The translations under genes were made by a program, and so were the position numbers. Of a stretch of 61,369 nt of DNA, positions 46,586 to 56,494 are shown piece by piece (within the stretch, counting starts at the first letter, position 1; each line of letters opens with the position of its first letter). This DNA is from Gammaproteobacteria bacterium. Its GTDB lineage: Bacteria > Pseudomonadota > Gammaproteobacteria > Pseudomonadales > Azotimanducaceae. The notes under the pieces were generated by a model, which saw nothing but the letters and a program-made list of their open reading frames with translations, did no database searches and had not been told where the DNA came from. The stretch spans positions 1 through 61,369 of the forward strand of contig JAFIFL010000001.1 in assembly GCA_020832055.1 (NCBI GenBank). Direction: 5' to 3'.

Positions 46586-47053
46586 ATGCACCGGTTAGGA
46601 TCAGTGCTGCTCATGCTCGCAGCCAGTGGCGGGGCGGTGGCGTCGGTCGGTTCGGAGCAGACGGTCGCGTCCGTGCTGCCGGCTGCCGAACAGGGCGATG
46701 CCGGGGCCCAGTACCGCCTCGCCGAGATGTATCACGCGGGGAATGGTGTGGCCGTGGATCTGGTCGAAGCCTTCCTCTGGAACGGGCGCGCGGCCCAGCA
46801 GGGCAACGCCGACGCCCAGTTCAAGCAGGGTCTCCACTATCGGGCCGGGCGCCTGTTCCCGGCTGATCCCGTCCGCTCCTACATGTGGTTGAGTCTGGCC
46901 GACGCCCGCGACCATCCGCTCGCACGCCCGGTGCTGAATTCGGTGGCTCAGGAACTGAGCCCGGATCAACTCACCGAAGCCCGGCGGCTGGTCAGCCTCT
47001 GGGAGCAGACGCTGGGTTCGGAGACGACCTGCGGCGAACCCCGGGCGCGCTAG
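46586..47053 (+). CDS. Sel1-repeat (SLR/TPR-like) protein
   Basis: Signal peptide followed by Sel1 units (AEQGDAGAQYRLAEMYHAGNGVAVDLVEAFLWNGRAAQQGNADAQF). Confidence 0.78.
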   Translation: MHRLGSVLLMLAASGGAVASVGSEQTVASVLPAAEQGDAGAQYRLAEMYHAGNGVAVDLVEAFLWNGRAAQQGNADAQFKQGLHYRAGRLFPADPVRSYMWLSLADARDHPLARPVLNSVAQELSPDQLTEARRLVSLWEQTLGSETTCGEPRAR

Positions 47054-47083
47054 GCTCGAAGTTTCCCCTTTCCATTCGATCAT

Positions 47084-49702
47084 TCAATCGGTGCTGTCAC
47101 CGGAGGCCCGCCGCAGCGCGGCCTCGAGGTTCTTGGTGGCGGTGATGTCGAACAGCGTGATGACCACGCCGTCGATCATGTTGTTGAGACGACGGTAGGG
47201 CATGATTCGGATCGAATACCAGCGATCGCGTGTGCTGGGAATCTGCTTCTCCGTGGGTCGCAGCGTGCGCAGGGTCTCGCGTGCGTCCTCGTAGAGCTCC
47301 GGGTACTGCAGGTTCGTGGTCAGATCGCTCAAGGGCCGGCCGATGTCGCTCTCTCGCAGATTCACGACCGCCGATGCGCGATCGGTGTAGCGCCGGACGT
47401 TGAGATCATTGTCCAGGAACAGAATCGCGATCTCGATGCTGTTGAGCACGTTCTGCATGTCGCTCTGGGCCAGGGCGAGATCGTCGAGTTTGGTTTGCAG
47501 CTCACCGTTGATGGTCTGCAGTTCTTCGTTCATGGACTGCATCTCTTCCTTCGATGTCGTCAGCTCTTCGTTGGTCGTCTGCAGTTCCTCGTTGGTGGAC
47601 TGAAGCTCCTCGTTGGCTGATTGCAACTGCTCGTTGGATGACTGCAACTCGTTCCGGTTTGCGCGCGCTTCGGACCGCAGGCGCTGGATCTCGGCGAGTG
47701 CGTCGTGCAGTCGATCCTGATCAGCAGGTAGCGAAGGCTGGCCGTCTGCCGACTCCGCGCCTGGGGGAATGTCGTTGAATACGACCATGACCATGCCGCG
47801 CAGTGCCGCCGGCTCCTTGAAGGCCTGGACGGTGACATCCACGCGCAGCACCCCATCGGACCCCGTGACGTCGACGGCATGCAGATGCAGCGGTTCGGTC
47901 TGTGCTGTGGCCTGCTTCAGGGCTGGGCCGAGCGCCTGACGCAGGCCGCCCCGCGCCATGGCGTGGATGTTCCAGTTTGCCTTGCCTGCGGCGGGTTCGA
48001 GGTAGCGGCCGGTCCGGCCGCTGATGTAGACGATGTCGCCGGCGGTGGTCACGATCACGGCCGGCGGTGCGTATACCTGAAGCAGCACGTCGTCGGCGGC
48101 ATCTTTCAGGTTGTCGCCTGGCGGCGGCGACGCCGCGGGTGGTGTCATGGCTGGCTCCTCGTGGATGCGAGTCAGGGGAGGATAAAGGGGCGGCAGCAGG
48201 TCGGTTCGGCCCATTCTCGCTGTGTTCTCGCGCTCATACAGCCTGAACTTGGATTGCAGGGGCTTGAACAGGTGACCGAAGCGGCCAACGGTCTCCGACC
48301 CACCAAGCAGCAACAGGCCGCCTGATCGCAGGGCATAGTGAAACAGCGGCTGCAGGCGGCGCTGAAGCTCGGCAGTGAAATAGATGAGCAGGTTGCGACA
48401 CAGGACCATGTCGAGTCGGGTGAAGGGTGGGTCGAGCACGACGTCATGCTGTGCGAACAGCACCATTTCCCGGATCTTCGGATCGATCTGATAGCCGTCG
48501 TCATGCTCCCGGAAGAATCGGGACAGTCGCGGTGCCGACACGCTGTCGCGGATCGACAGCGGAAACTGGCCGCGACGACCGGAAGCGATGGCATCCGGAC
48601 TCACGTCGGTGGCGAAGATCTGCAGCGTGAAGGGCTCGGCTCCGGGCAGTCTGGCGACCACTTCACTGAACACGATGGCCAGGGAGTAGGCCTCTTCGCC
48701 GGTGGAGCAGCCGACGCTCCAGGCCCGCAGCTGCTCTCCCGGTGTCCGCCGCGCCAGCAGTTCGGGCAATGCGACTGTGGCAAGGTACTCCCACACCGGG
48801 GGGCCCCGAAAGAAGTCCGTCACGCCGATCAGCAGTTCCTTGAACAGCAGGTCGGTCTCTGCAGGATTATCGGCGAGGTAAGCCGCGTACTGATCCAGGG
48901 TGGCAATGGCGTGGATGGCCATGCGCCGTTCGATCCGGCGTTGCAGCGTGCTGGGTTTGTAGAGCCCGAAGTCATGCCGGGTTCGCCTGCGCAGGAGGTC
49001 CACGATCCTCTCCTGGGATGAAGCGATTTCCGAGGCATCGGGGCCGAGGTCCGCATCGTGCGCGACGGGGTCCTGGACCTCGCCAAGGTAGGCCAGGATG
49101 CGGCCAGGCAGCGCATCCGCTGTGGCGATGAGGTCGATCAGACCGGCATCGATGGCGTGCCTGGGCATGGAATCGAACTGGGCCGATGCCGGGTCCTGGG
49201 CCGCACTCAGACCTCCTACGGCCTTGATGGCCTGCAGCCCCAGGGTGCCGTCGGTACCCATGCCGGACAGCACCACTGCGATGGCGCGATCGCCGATGCT
49301 GCCCGCCAGCGACGAGAACAGGACGTCGACGGGCAGGCGCAAGCCGCGTGGTTCCGCAGGAGGCGTCACCTGCAGCCGGCCGTTGACGACGCGCAGCTCC
49401 GCGTTCGGCGGTATGACATAGACGTGATCGGACTCCACGCGCATGCCCTGCCGTGCCTCCTGCACGGGCATGGTGGTCGCCCGCTGCAGCAGCTCCTTCA
49501 GCAGGGCTTTGCGGTCGGGATCGAGGTGCTGGACGACGATGTAGGCCAGCCCGGCGGCCGGTGGCGCCTGGTGGAGGAACTGCTTGAGCGGCGCAAGGCC
49601 TCCGGCCGAGGCGCCGATGGCAATGATTCGCTGCGCTGCTTGCGCCGGGCGCCGCGTCGTCGGCGCCCGTTCGGGGTGGGTGGTGGATGTCGAAGATCCC
49701 AT
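47084..49702 (-). CDS. CheB methylesterase - CheR methyltransferase - coiled coil - PAS fusion protein
   Basis: 872 aa. CheB block IIAIGASAGGL..L. CheR/SAM block RAWSVGCSTGEEAYSLAIV. NEELQ heptad repeats. C-terminal PAS (ILFLDNDLNVRRYT...WYSIRIMPYR). Confidence 0.88.
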   Translation of the reverse strand: MGSSTSTTHPERAPTTRRPAQAAQRIIAIGASAGGLAPLKQFLHQAPPAAGLAYIVVQHLDPDRKALLKELLQRATTMPVQEARQGMRVESDHVYVIPPNAELRVVNGRLQVTPPAEPRGLRLPVDVLFSSLAGSIGDRAIAVVLSGMGTDGTLGLQAIKAVGGLSAAQDPASAQFDSMPRHAIDAGLIDLIATADALPGRILAYLGEVQDPVAHDADLGPDASEIASSQERIVDLLRRRTRHDFGLYKPSTLQRRIERRMAIHAIATLDQYAAYLADNPAETDLLFKELLIGVTDFFRGPPVWEYLATVALPELLARRTPGEQLRAWSVGCSTGEEAYSLAIVFSEVVARLPGAEPFTLQIFATDVSPDAIASGRRGQFPLSIRDSVSAPRLSRFFREHDDGYQIDPKIREMVLFAQHDVVLDPPFTRLDMVLCRNLLIYFTAELQRRLQPLFHYALRSGGLLLLGGSETVGRFGHLFKPLQSKFRLYERENTARMGRTDLLPPLYPPLTRIHEEPAMTPPAASPPPGDNLKDAADDVLLQVYAPPAVIVTTAGDIVYISGRTGRYLEPAAGKANWNIHAMARGGLRQALGPALKQATAQTEPLHLHAVDVTGSDGVLRVDVTVQAFKEPAALRGMVMVVFNDIPPGAESADGQPSLPADQDRLHDALAEIQRLRSEARANRNELQSSNEQLQSANEELQSTNEELQTTNEELTTSKEEMQSMNEELQTINGELQTKLDDLALAQSDMQNVLNSIEIAILFLDNDLNVRRYTDRASAVVNLRESDIGRPLSDLTTNLQYPELYEDARETLRTLRPTEKQIPSTRDRWYSIRIMPYRRLNNMIDGVVITLFDITATKNLEAALRRASGDSTD
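47495..47662 (-). repeat. 8 x 21-nt in-frame periodic repeat (heptad coiled coil) inside the CheB-CheR gene
   Basis: Plus-strand units such as CTGCAGTTCCTCGTTGGTGGA and CTGAAGCTCCTCGTTGGCTGA. They encode ...NELQSSNEQLQSANEELQSTNEELQTTNEELTTSKEEMQSMNEELQTINGELQT. Confidence 0.85.
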
Positions 49703-49745
49703 GGCGCTGCCGTCTCCGACTCCTTCGCCCAGATCGGTCTCGCAA

Positions 49746-50363
49746 TCAGGACACAGTCATCCAGACGTTGGCGGAGCCGGGTTCGAGTCTGACCGTGATC
49801 TTCAGCGGCGGCGCATTCGCTGCGGCGTCGATGGCTTCCACGTCGCAGGACGTCACCGGATGACCGGCATCGAGCTGCGCGAGCATTGCAGCGAGTGCGG
49901 GTCGGTCCTCAGGCCTCAGCAGCTGGTCGATGCGAGGCTCATCCTCTGAACAGAACCTGATGTCGCCGCCTGCGGGCGCGAGCAGCCGGTGGGCCATCAC
50001 ATTCGCCTCGATGATGCTGCCATCGGGCCGCAGCTGAAGGTAGCCCACTGGCGCCTGTTCATAGAGGCTTCGATAGCGCTGAAGTTCGTCGATGAGTTCT
50101 GCTTCGTTGGTTTCGCGCTGTTGGAGCTGCAGGTCGAGTTCCACCTGATGCACCTGCAATTCATGGAGCATCGCCAGCGCATCGTCGGCACGGTTGCAGT
50201 CACTGGCCAGCCTGTAGAGCAGGGCCAGGGCATCCGTGCCGAGCTCCCAGCCCCGCGTGGGCGGGGCCTGGCCATGGCTCAGCAGGTCTTCCGCAGCAAC
50301 CCGCAACCGGGTCTGTTCTCTCATTTCCGCAGTTCTGGGCGGTTCTGCGTCGGAGGTGATCAT
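49746..50363 (-). CDS. Coiled-coil + PAS-like domain protein
   Basis: Track ORF 49746..50465 trimmed by codon arithmetic to Met35 (MITSDAEPP...). Has a helical N-terminus, then SLYEQAPVGYLQLRPDGSIIEANVMAHRLL (a PAS N-cap and core). The stop lies 43 nt upstream of the CheB-CheR start. Confidence 0.6.
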   Translation of the reverse strand: MITSDAEPPRTAEMREQTRLRVAAEDLLSHGQAPPTRGWELGTDALALLYRLASDCNRADDALAMLHELQVHQVELDLQLQQRETNEAELIDELQRYRSLYEQAPVGYLQLRPDGSIIEANVMAHRLLAPAGGDIRFCSEDEPRIDQLLRPEDRPALAAMLAQLDAGHPVTSCDVEAIDAAANAPPLKITVRLEPGSANVWMTVS

Positions 50364-50580
50364 ATGCTCTCCAGGGCCGGTGGAACTTGCTCCCATCCTA
50401 CGCCGGTTCGAGGCCGACCGCTGTGCGCTATCGGGCGCTGTCCTGAGGGGTATGGCCGCAGGCAAGCGTTCGCCCGCGGGGACAGATCGCTCGCTGTACC
50501 GTACGTCAGCGAACAGAAAGGCACAGGCCAGAGCAGGATGATCGCTGCAGCATCCGATTCACGGATGAGGAGAAGCGGAC

Positions 50581-50784
50581 ATGAAACGCATGCCGCGGCT
50601 CATATCACGCCATGCAGGCCTTGCGCACATCGGTGTGACGGCCTTGCTGGCAGGTTCGGTGCTGGCCGGCTGTGCCTCGACACCGCCTGCGCCCGTCACC
50701 TCGCTGGACGCCACGCGGACGGCCATCGTCACCGCCGAGCGCTTCGATGATGACGCTCCGAGACCCGCTGTCACCATGATTTGA
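50581..50784 (+). CDS. Small putative lipoprotein (67 aa)
   Basis: RBS GAGGAG. Lipobox VLAGC. I recognise no family. Confidence 0.45.
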   Translation: MKRMPRLISRHAGLAHIGVTALLAGSVLAGCASTPPAPVTSLDATRTAIVTAERFDDDAPRPAVTMI

Positions 50785-50818
50785 GCCGGGCGCTGCAAAC
50801 ATTCCGTATAATCCTGAA

Positions 50819-51814
50819 ATGAGCATTGCGGATCCCACTCAACTCGACCCTGACTTTCACGCCTACGATCTCATCGGTGACGTCCATGGCTGCGCGGATG
50901 CGCTGCTGGCCCTGCTCGACGGCATGGGCTATCGGCGGGTCCACGGAGTGTGGCGGCATCCGAAGCGGATCGCTCTGTTCACCGGGGATCTGATCGACCG
51001 CGGGCCGGCGGTGCGGGAAACCGTACTGCGGGTCAGGGAGATGGTGGAGGCGGGCGCCGCCCGGGTGGTGCTCGGCAATCACGAATACAACCTCGCAGGC
51101 TGGTTCTTTCCCGCACCCGCAGACAGCGGGCGGGATTGGCTGCGCGCCCGGACTGATCGCAACGCAGCGGGGCTCGAGGCAACCATTCAGGGTTTCGACG
51201 GCCATCCAGCGGATTTCGAGGCGACCCTGGCCTGGATCGGTGAGTTGCCCCTGTGGCTGGCGAGTCCGGCGCTGCGGGTGATCCACGCCTGCTGGGACGC
51301 GGAGCTGATGGCCGCGTTCTGCGCCGAGCACGATGAGCGCACGTTGACGCCATCGCTGGCCCGGGCGGCCTGCTACCGTGGCAGTCTGGTGCGGCGGTTC
51401 TTGGATCGAATTCTCAATGGGTCGGAACTGCCGCTACCGGAAGAACGCGTGATGCACGGCCGTGACGGCCTGCGTCGCCGCTCCTTCCGGACGGCATTCT
51501 GGACTCGGGACGCCCGGACCCTCGGTGAGGTGGCCTTCCAGCCCGACCCGCTGCCGGACGACGTCCATGAACGGGCCATCGAAGACCATGAGCGCGAGCA
51601 CCTGCTGAGCTATTCACCCCATGCGCCACCGGTGTTCTTCGGCCACTACTGGCTGTCGGGGGCGCCCCGTCTGCAGGCGCCGAATGTCTGCTGCCTGGAC
51701 TACTCGACGGTACTCGGGGGGCGACTGGTGGCTTATCGCTTCGACGGTGAAACGCGCTTGGATCCTGACCGTTTCGCCTGGATCGACGTGTCCCGGGAGG
51801 AGCGGGCAGGCTGA
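50819..51814 (+). CDS. Metallophosphoesterase (PrpE/ApaH-like PPP-family phosphatase)
   Basis: 331 aa. Shows YDLIGDVHGC, FTGDLIDRGP, LGNHEYN and IHACW. Confidence 0.82.
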   Translation: MSIADPTQLDPDFHAYDLIGDVHGCADALLALLDGMGYRRVHGVWRHPKRIALFTGDLIDRGPAVRETVLRVREMVEAGAARVVLGNHEYNLAGWFFPAPADSGRDWLRARTDRNAAGLEATIQGFDGHPADFEATLAWIGELPLWLASPALRVIHACWDAELMAAFCAEHDERTLTPSLARAACYRGSLVRRFLDRILNGSELPLPEERVMHGRDGLRRRSFRTAFWTRDARTLGEVAFQPDPLPDDVHERAIEDHEREHLLSYSPHAPPVFFGHYWLSGAPRLQAPNVCCLDYSTVLGGRLVAYRFDGETRLDPDRFAWIDVSREERAG

Positions 51815-51825
51815 ATCCATCGCGG

Positions 51826-52464
51826 TCAGGAACGGGTGGCCGGTAGTCCTGCTGGCGTATCCACATCCCGATGGATGCCCGGGTCCTCACAGGGCACATC
51901 GATCACCCCGGGTGTCGCCGCGATGATGGAGCGGGCCCCGACGTCACCTTCGAGATGCGACAGAGCGGCAAAGTGCGCGTGGCCGAAACCCACCGGGTGA
52001 CCGGGGCGGCCCCGGCAGGTGGGGCGGACGATGCAGGCCGGGTGCGCGGATGCGATCTGCTGCTGCGCGACGGTGTGAAGGCTGTTCAGTGTGGCAGGGC
52101 GAAGGTAGGGCATGTCGCCGAGTCCGATGAGGGCGTAATCCCAATGCCGGCAGTCGTGAATGCCGGCAGCCAGGGAGGCGCCCATGCCCTCGTGGCAATC
52201 GGCGGCGAACGTGATGGCGAGTTCCGGGAAGCGCCGGGACAGTCCCGCTGCCAGTGCCTGCTCGCCAGGCTCATCCTCGCCCCGCAGCACCACGCGCAAT
52301 CCCACGCGCAACCCAGGCAGGACCTGCTGCCAGACAGTGAGCGTGGTTTCCAGCAGGGTACGGTTCGCATTCACCAGGGCAAGGCGCTTGTCGCTGCCGT
52401 AGCGCCGGCCTTGCCCGGCGGCCAGAATCAGTCCGCCACCGACCGCGCTCAATCGTCCACCCAT
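51826..52464 (-). CDS. MobA/MocA-like molybdenum-cofactor nucleotidyltransferase
   Basis: 212 aa. Shows LILAAGQGRRYG.DKRL and LGDMPYL. Confidence 0.75.
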   Translation of the reverse strand: MGGRLSAVGGGLILAAGQGRRYGSDKRLALVNANRTLLETTLTVWQQVLPGLRVGLRVVLRGEDEPGEQALAAGLSRRFPELAITFAADCHEGMGASLAAGIHDCRHWDYALIGLGDMPYLRPATLNSLHTVAQQQIASAHPACIVRPTCRGRPGHPVGFGHAHFAALSHLEGDVGARSIIAATPGVIDVPCEDPGIHRDVDTPAGLPATRS

Positions 52465-52474
52465 GAGGGTCTCA

Positions 52475-53491
52475 TCAGCGGGTCGCGGTGGCGCGTTCGG
52501 GTGGGCCTGAAGCCGCTGCCATGGCCTGTTGCTGCGCGGTCAGCGCCGTCAGCTCCGCGAGAATGGCAATGGCGATTTCAGGCGGGGTCTTGCTGCCGAT
52601 GGGCAGGCCCACCGGTGCGTGCAGACGATCGATCTGCTCGGGGCTGAGATCGAGCTCGGCGAGGCGCTCGCGGCGTTTGGCGCTGGTCCGGCTCGAGCCC
52701 ATGGCGCCGACGTACCAGGCGCGGCTGTCCAGGGCCGCCATCAGCCCCATGTCGTCGATGCGGGGATCGTGGGTCAGGGCGATGATGGCGGAGCGGGGAT
52801 CGTCGGCGTGCGCCATGACTGCGTCGTCAGGCATGGCGCAGAGGGTGCGGACGCCGGGCACGGCCCACTGGGCCAGCATGTCCTCGCGGGGATCGCAGAC
52901 GGTGACGTCATAGTCCAGCGCCTGGGCCATTTCGGCCAGATAGCGGGACACCATGCCGGCCCCGATCAGGAACAGCTGCCGGCGCGGGCCGTAGGTCTGT
53001 TCCAGGACAGGCTCGGTCCCCGGTGCCTCGTGCAGGGCCAGGGGCGCGAAATCCTCGACTTCGGCGACGGTCATGTCCGCGCCGGCGGCGAGGCGGACGC
53101 TGCGGGTGATGCAGGCGCGCTGGTCGAGGCGGTCGACAATGTTTTCGAAGGTCGGCGCGTGTCGAGGGGCCAGCGGTTCCACGACGACGTGGAGGTGGCC
53201 GCCGCATGGCAGACCGAGCTTCTCGGTGTCTTCGGGCGCCAGCCCGTATTTCAGCAGTTGCGGCGCATCGGTGACGAGTTCGCCGGCAATGAGTTTTTCG
53301 ATCAGGTCGTCTTCCACGCAGCCGCCGGAGAGGGAGCCCACCAGGGTGCCGTCAGATTTGCAGGCCAGCAGAGAGCCCACCGGCCGCGGTGAGGAACCGT
53401 AGGTGGCGACGATGGTGGCCAGCCAGCACGATTCGCCAGCAACGAGCCAGTCGCGAACCGCGCTCAGGACGGCCTGATCCACTGCCTGCAT
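52475..53491 (-). CDS. XdhC/CoxI family molybdoenzyme maturation protein
   Basis: 338 aa. Shows [27 protein letters not shown] and the Rossmann-like LFLIGAG. Confidence 0.85.
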   Translation of the reverse strand: MQAVDQAVLSAVRDWLVAGESCWLATIVATYGSSPRPVGSLLACKSDGTLVGSLSGGCVEDDLIEKLIAGELVTDAPQLLKYGLAPEDTEKLGLPCGGHLHVVVEPLAPRHAPTFENIVDRLDQRACITRSVRLAAGADMTVAEVEDFAPLALHEAPGTEPVLEQTYGPRRQLFLIGAGMVSRYLAEMAQALDYDVTVCDPREDMLAQWAVPGVRTLCAMPDDAVMAHADDPRSAIIALTHDPRIDDMGLMAALDSRAWYVGAMGSSRTSAKRRERLAELDLSPEQIDRLHAPVGLPIGSKTPPEIAIAILAELTALTAQQQAMAAASGPPERATATR

Positions 53492-53590
53492 GGGTCACTC
53501 CGAGGATGTCATGACAGATGCTGATTCTGCGCCTTTCGCCGGCACCTTCCAACGGCTCGCGCCCACGGGGAGTCTGCTTGCGCCGGCGCT

Positions 53591-55807
53591 TCAAGCCAGC
53601 CGCAGAGGCATGGTCCGCAGGCGCTGGCCGGTGGCGGCGAAGACGGCGTTGGCCACGGCCGGGGCGATGGGCGGCAGGCCGGGTTCTCCGACGCCCGATG
53701 GCGGAGCGTCCTGGTTGACGAAATACACGTCGATGACCGGCGTTTCGTCCATGCGCAGCAGGTCGTAGTCGTGGAAGTTGGACTGCCTGATGCCGCCGTC
53801 CTTAAGGGTGACCTTGCTCTTCAGTGCGGCGGTGAGGCCGAAGACAATGGAGCCTTCCATCTGGGCGCGGACGATGTCCGGGTTGATCACCAGACCACAG
53901 TCGATGGCGCAGACGACGCGATGGACCCGGATGCGGCCGTTCTCCACCGACACCTCGGCAATCTCGGTGACCACGCTGCCGAAGGACTCGTGGACGGCAA
54001 CGCCCTGGCTTCGGCCCTCGGCAGGATGTCCCCAGTTGGCCTTGTCAGCCGCCAGCTTCAGCGTGGCCAGATGGCGGGGATGTCCGGCCAGACGCTCCAA
54101 CCGGAAGGCCAGCGGATCGGCGCCGGCGGCATGAGCCACTTCGTCGACGAAGCTCTCCACCACGAAGGCGTTCTGGGAGTGGCCCACGGAGCGCCAGAAG
54201 CCGATGGGCACGCCGGGGTCGTGCAGGATGGATTCCACCCGGACATGGTCGATGGCATAGGGCAGATCCGCCGCGCCCTCGGTGCTGGAACTGTCGCGGC
54301 CCCGGATCACGGCGCCGCCGGCCCGGCCCAAGACGTTGGTGACGCCGCCCGGCACCCAGGTGGGCATGAGCGCGCCGAGGAAGTCCGGGACCAGGGTGCC
54401 GATGATGCTGGGCCCGACAAGGCGGTGCTCCCAGCCGGTGACGGTACCGTTGTCGTCCAGGGCCGCGCGCAGGCGGTTGCAGGTGGCCGGGCGGTAGAAA
54501 TCGTGGCGCATGTCGTCCTCACGGGACCACACCACCTTTACCGGCCGGCCGGCGAGGCGGGCCACTTCCACCGCCTCGGCGGCGTAGTCGGGAATGCCGC
54601 GGCGACCGAAACCGCCGCCCATGAGGGTGGAATGCACGTGGACCTTGTTCCGGGGCAGCTTGGCGGCCTCGGCGGCCACCGCCTGGACGATGTCCGGGCC
54701 CTGGGTGGGCACCCAGACGTCGCAGATGCCGTCGTGCAGCCAAGCGGTGCAGTTCATGGGTTCCATGGTGGCGTGGGCGAGATGGGGAATGACGTACTCG
54801 GCGTCGATCACCCGGTGGGCCTGCTCGGCGGCACGGGCGAAGTTGCCGTCGTTGCGGGCGTTGCGGCCTTTCTGCTCATCGAGCGCCCGCCGCTGGGCGG
54901 CCTCGATGGAGGCGCTGTCGAGGCCCTTCAGCGGCCCCTCGGACCAGCGCGCGTCGACCTTGCCGGCGGCCTGACGGGCAGGCCAGTAGCCTTTCGCAAT
55001 CACGGCCACACCGCTGCTCACGGCGATGACGTCGATGACGCCGGGGACTTTGCGCGCCTCCTGCGCGTCGAATCCCTGCAGTTCTGCGCCGAAGCGGGGC
55101 GCCCGGATCACCACGGCGGTGGCGAGGTTCGGCAGTTGCTGGCCGTTCATGCCCACGTCGATGCCGAAGGCGGCCTGCCCTGTGCTCTTGGTGACCCGGT
55201 CGGTGCGGGGGACGGACTGCCCTATCCAGCGGAATTCCGAGGCGGGCTTGAGGGTCGGGTTCTTCGGGATGCTCTGGCGGGCGGCGGCCTCGGCGAGTTC
55301 ACCGAAGCGGGCGCTGCGGCCGCTGCCGCGGTGATGCACGGCGCCGTCCTCGAGTTCGAGGTCGGAGGCGGGCACGGACCAGCGTTCTGCCGCGGCCCCG
55401 ATGAGCATGTCCCGGGCGGCGGCGCCGGTCTGGCGCAGGGGCTGGTAGCGGTTGGCGATGCTGGTGCTGCCGCCGGTGATCTGGATGGGATCCTGGAAAC
55501 GGGGATGCACGGGAGCCAGATGCACGTGAATGCGGGCCGGATCGAGGTTCAGCTCCTCGCCCACCAGGGTGGGCAGGGAGGTGATGACGCCCTGGCCCAT
55601 TTCGGTCTTGTCGAGCTGGAAGATCACCCGGTCATCGGGCGTAATCTGCAGCCAGGCATCCGGGCTGAGGTCACCTTCGGCGCCGAGGGTCGGGGCGCTG
55701 GCGCAGCCTGTGAGGTTGACGCCGACGATCAGCCCGCCGCCGGCCACGGCGGAAGTCTTTAGCAGGGTGCGGCGGGTGAGGGCAGGGCCGAGCTGTTCGG
55801 TGCTCAT
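53591..55807 (-). CDS. Molybdopterin-binding subunit of a xanthine dehydrogenase-family oxidoreductase (IorB-like), Tat-exported
   Basis: 738 aa. Twin-arginine signal [17 protein letters not shown] followed by LTGC. Aldehyde-oxidase/XDH a/b-hammerhead and MoCo-binding blocks (GGGFGRR). Confidence 0.85.
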   Translation of the reverse strand: MSTEQLGPALTRRTLLKTSAVAGGGLIVGVNLTGCASAPTLGAEGDLSPDAWLQITPDDRVIFQLDKTEMGQGVITSLPTLVGEELNLDPARIHVHLAPVHPRFQDPIQITGGSTSIANRYQPLRQTGAAARDMLIGAAAERWSVPASDLELEDGAVHHRGSGRSARFGELAEAAARQSIPKNPTLKPASEFRWIGQSVPRTDRVTKSTGQAAFGIDVGMNGQQLPNLATAVVIRAPRFGAELQGFDAQEARKVPGVIDVIAVSSGVAVIAKGYWPARQAAGKVDARWSEGPLKGLDSASIEAAQRRALDEQKGRNARNDGNFARAAEQAHRVIDAEYVIPHLAHATMEPMNCTAWLHDGICDVWVPTQGPDIVQAVAAEAAKLPRNKVHVHSTLMGGGFGRRGIPDYAAEAVEVARLAGRPVKVVWSREDDMRHDFYRPATCNRLRAALDDNGTVTGWEHRLVGPSIIGTLVPDFLGALMPTWVPGGVTNVLGRAGGAVIRGRDSSSTEGAADLPYAIDHVRVESILHDPGVPIGFWRSVGHSQNAFVVESFVDEVAHAAGADPLAFRLERLAGHPRHLATLKLAADKANWGHPAEGRSQGVAVHESFGSVVTEIAEVSVENGRIRVHRVVCAIDCGLVINPDIVRAQMEGSIVFGLTAALKSKVTLKDGGIRQSNFHDYDLLRMDETPVIDVYFVNQDAPPSGVGEPGLPPIAPAVANAVFAATGQRLRTMPLRLA

Positions 55808-56340
55808 GCGGGCAGACCTCCCACCGGGGCGACGGCAACGCTGGGATCGAAGCTCTGGACCACCGCTTCGCCGCCGCGCTTGAGTTCCGCGGCGCGCCGG
55901 ACGGCGGCGCGGATGCGCGGGTAGGTGCCGCAGCGGCAGAGATTGCCGGACAGGGCGCGGTCGATGTCGGCGTCACTGGGATCGTCGTTGGCGTCGATCA
56001 GAGCGGCAGCGGCCATGATCTGACCGGACTGGCAGTACCCGCACTGGGCCACGCTGCCTTCGATCCAGGCCTGTTGGGCCGGGTGCAGATCGCTGATGGC
56101 CGGCCCGGCGCCGAGGCCCTCAATAGTCGTGAGGCGCCGGCCTGCGGCAGCGGACAGCGGCAGGGCGCAGCTGCGGATGGGCTGACCGTCGAGGTGGATG
56201 GTGCAGGCGCCACACAGGCCCATGCCGCAGCCGAATTTGGTGCCGGGGAGACCGAGACCGTCCCGGATCACCCACAGCAGCGGGGTATCGGCTGGCATGT
56301 CGACACGGCGCGGGACGCCGTTGAGTTCGAACTCCACCAT
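55804..56340 (-). CDS. (2Fe-2S)-binding small subunit (IorA-like)
   Basis: Track ORF 55804..56496 trimmed to the ATG at 56340 (RBS AGGAG). Shows [11 protein letters not shown] and QCGYCQSG...CRCGTY. Overlaps the large-subunit start by 4 nt. Confidence 0.88.
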   Translation of the reverse strand: MVEFELNGVPRRVDMPADTPLLWVIRDGLGLPGTKFGCGMGLCGACTIHLDGQPIRSCALPLSAAAGRRLTTIEGLGAGPAISDLHPAQQAWIEGSVAQCGYCQSGQIMAAAALIDANDDPSDADIDRALSGNLCRCGTYPRIRAAVRRAAELKRGGEAVVQSFDPSVAVAPVGGLPA

Positions 56341-56494
56341 GAATTGTTCTCCTGCACGGGCCCGTGGCGGGATTCTAGCCCGCTGGGGGCATGCGCGTCG
56401 CGGCAGCCGGCAAATGCCCGCAGTGAGTGCTTCCGCAGTTCGCGGGGTGCCTTGGGTAGTGCACAATGCCGGGTTGCTGATTGTCGTGGAGTTC

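Noticed and set aside
53771-55762. 663-aa plus-strand ORF. Similar long shadow ORFs occur at 8300..9988, 4631..5941, 11384..12703, 28519..30084, 34859..35908 and 37957..39747.
   Set aside because: All are antisense or out of frame relative to genes with clear family signatures, and are treated as GC-driven artefacts. I did not evaluate whether any antisense translation occurs.
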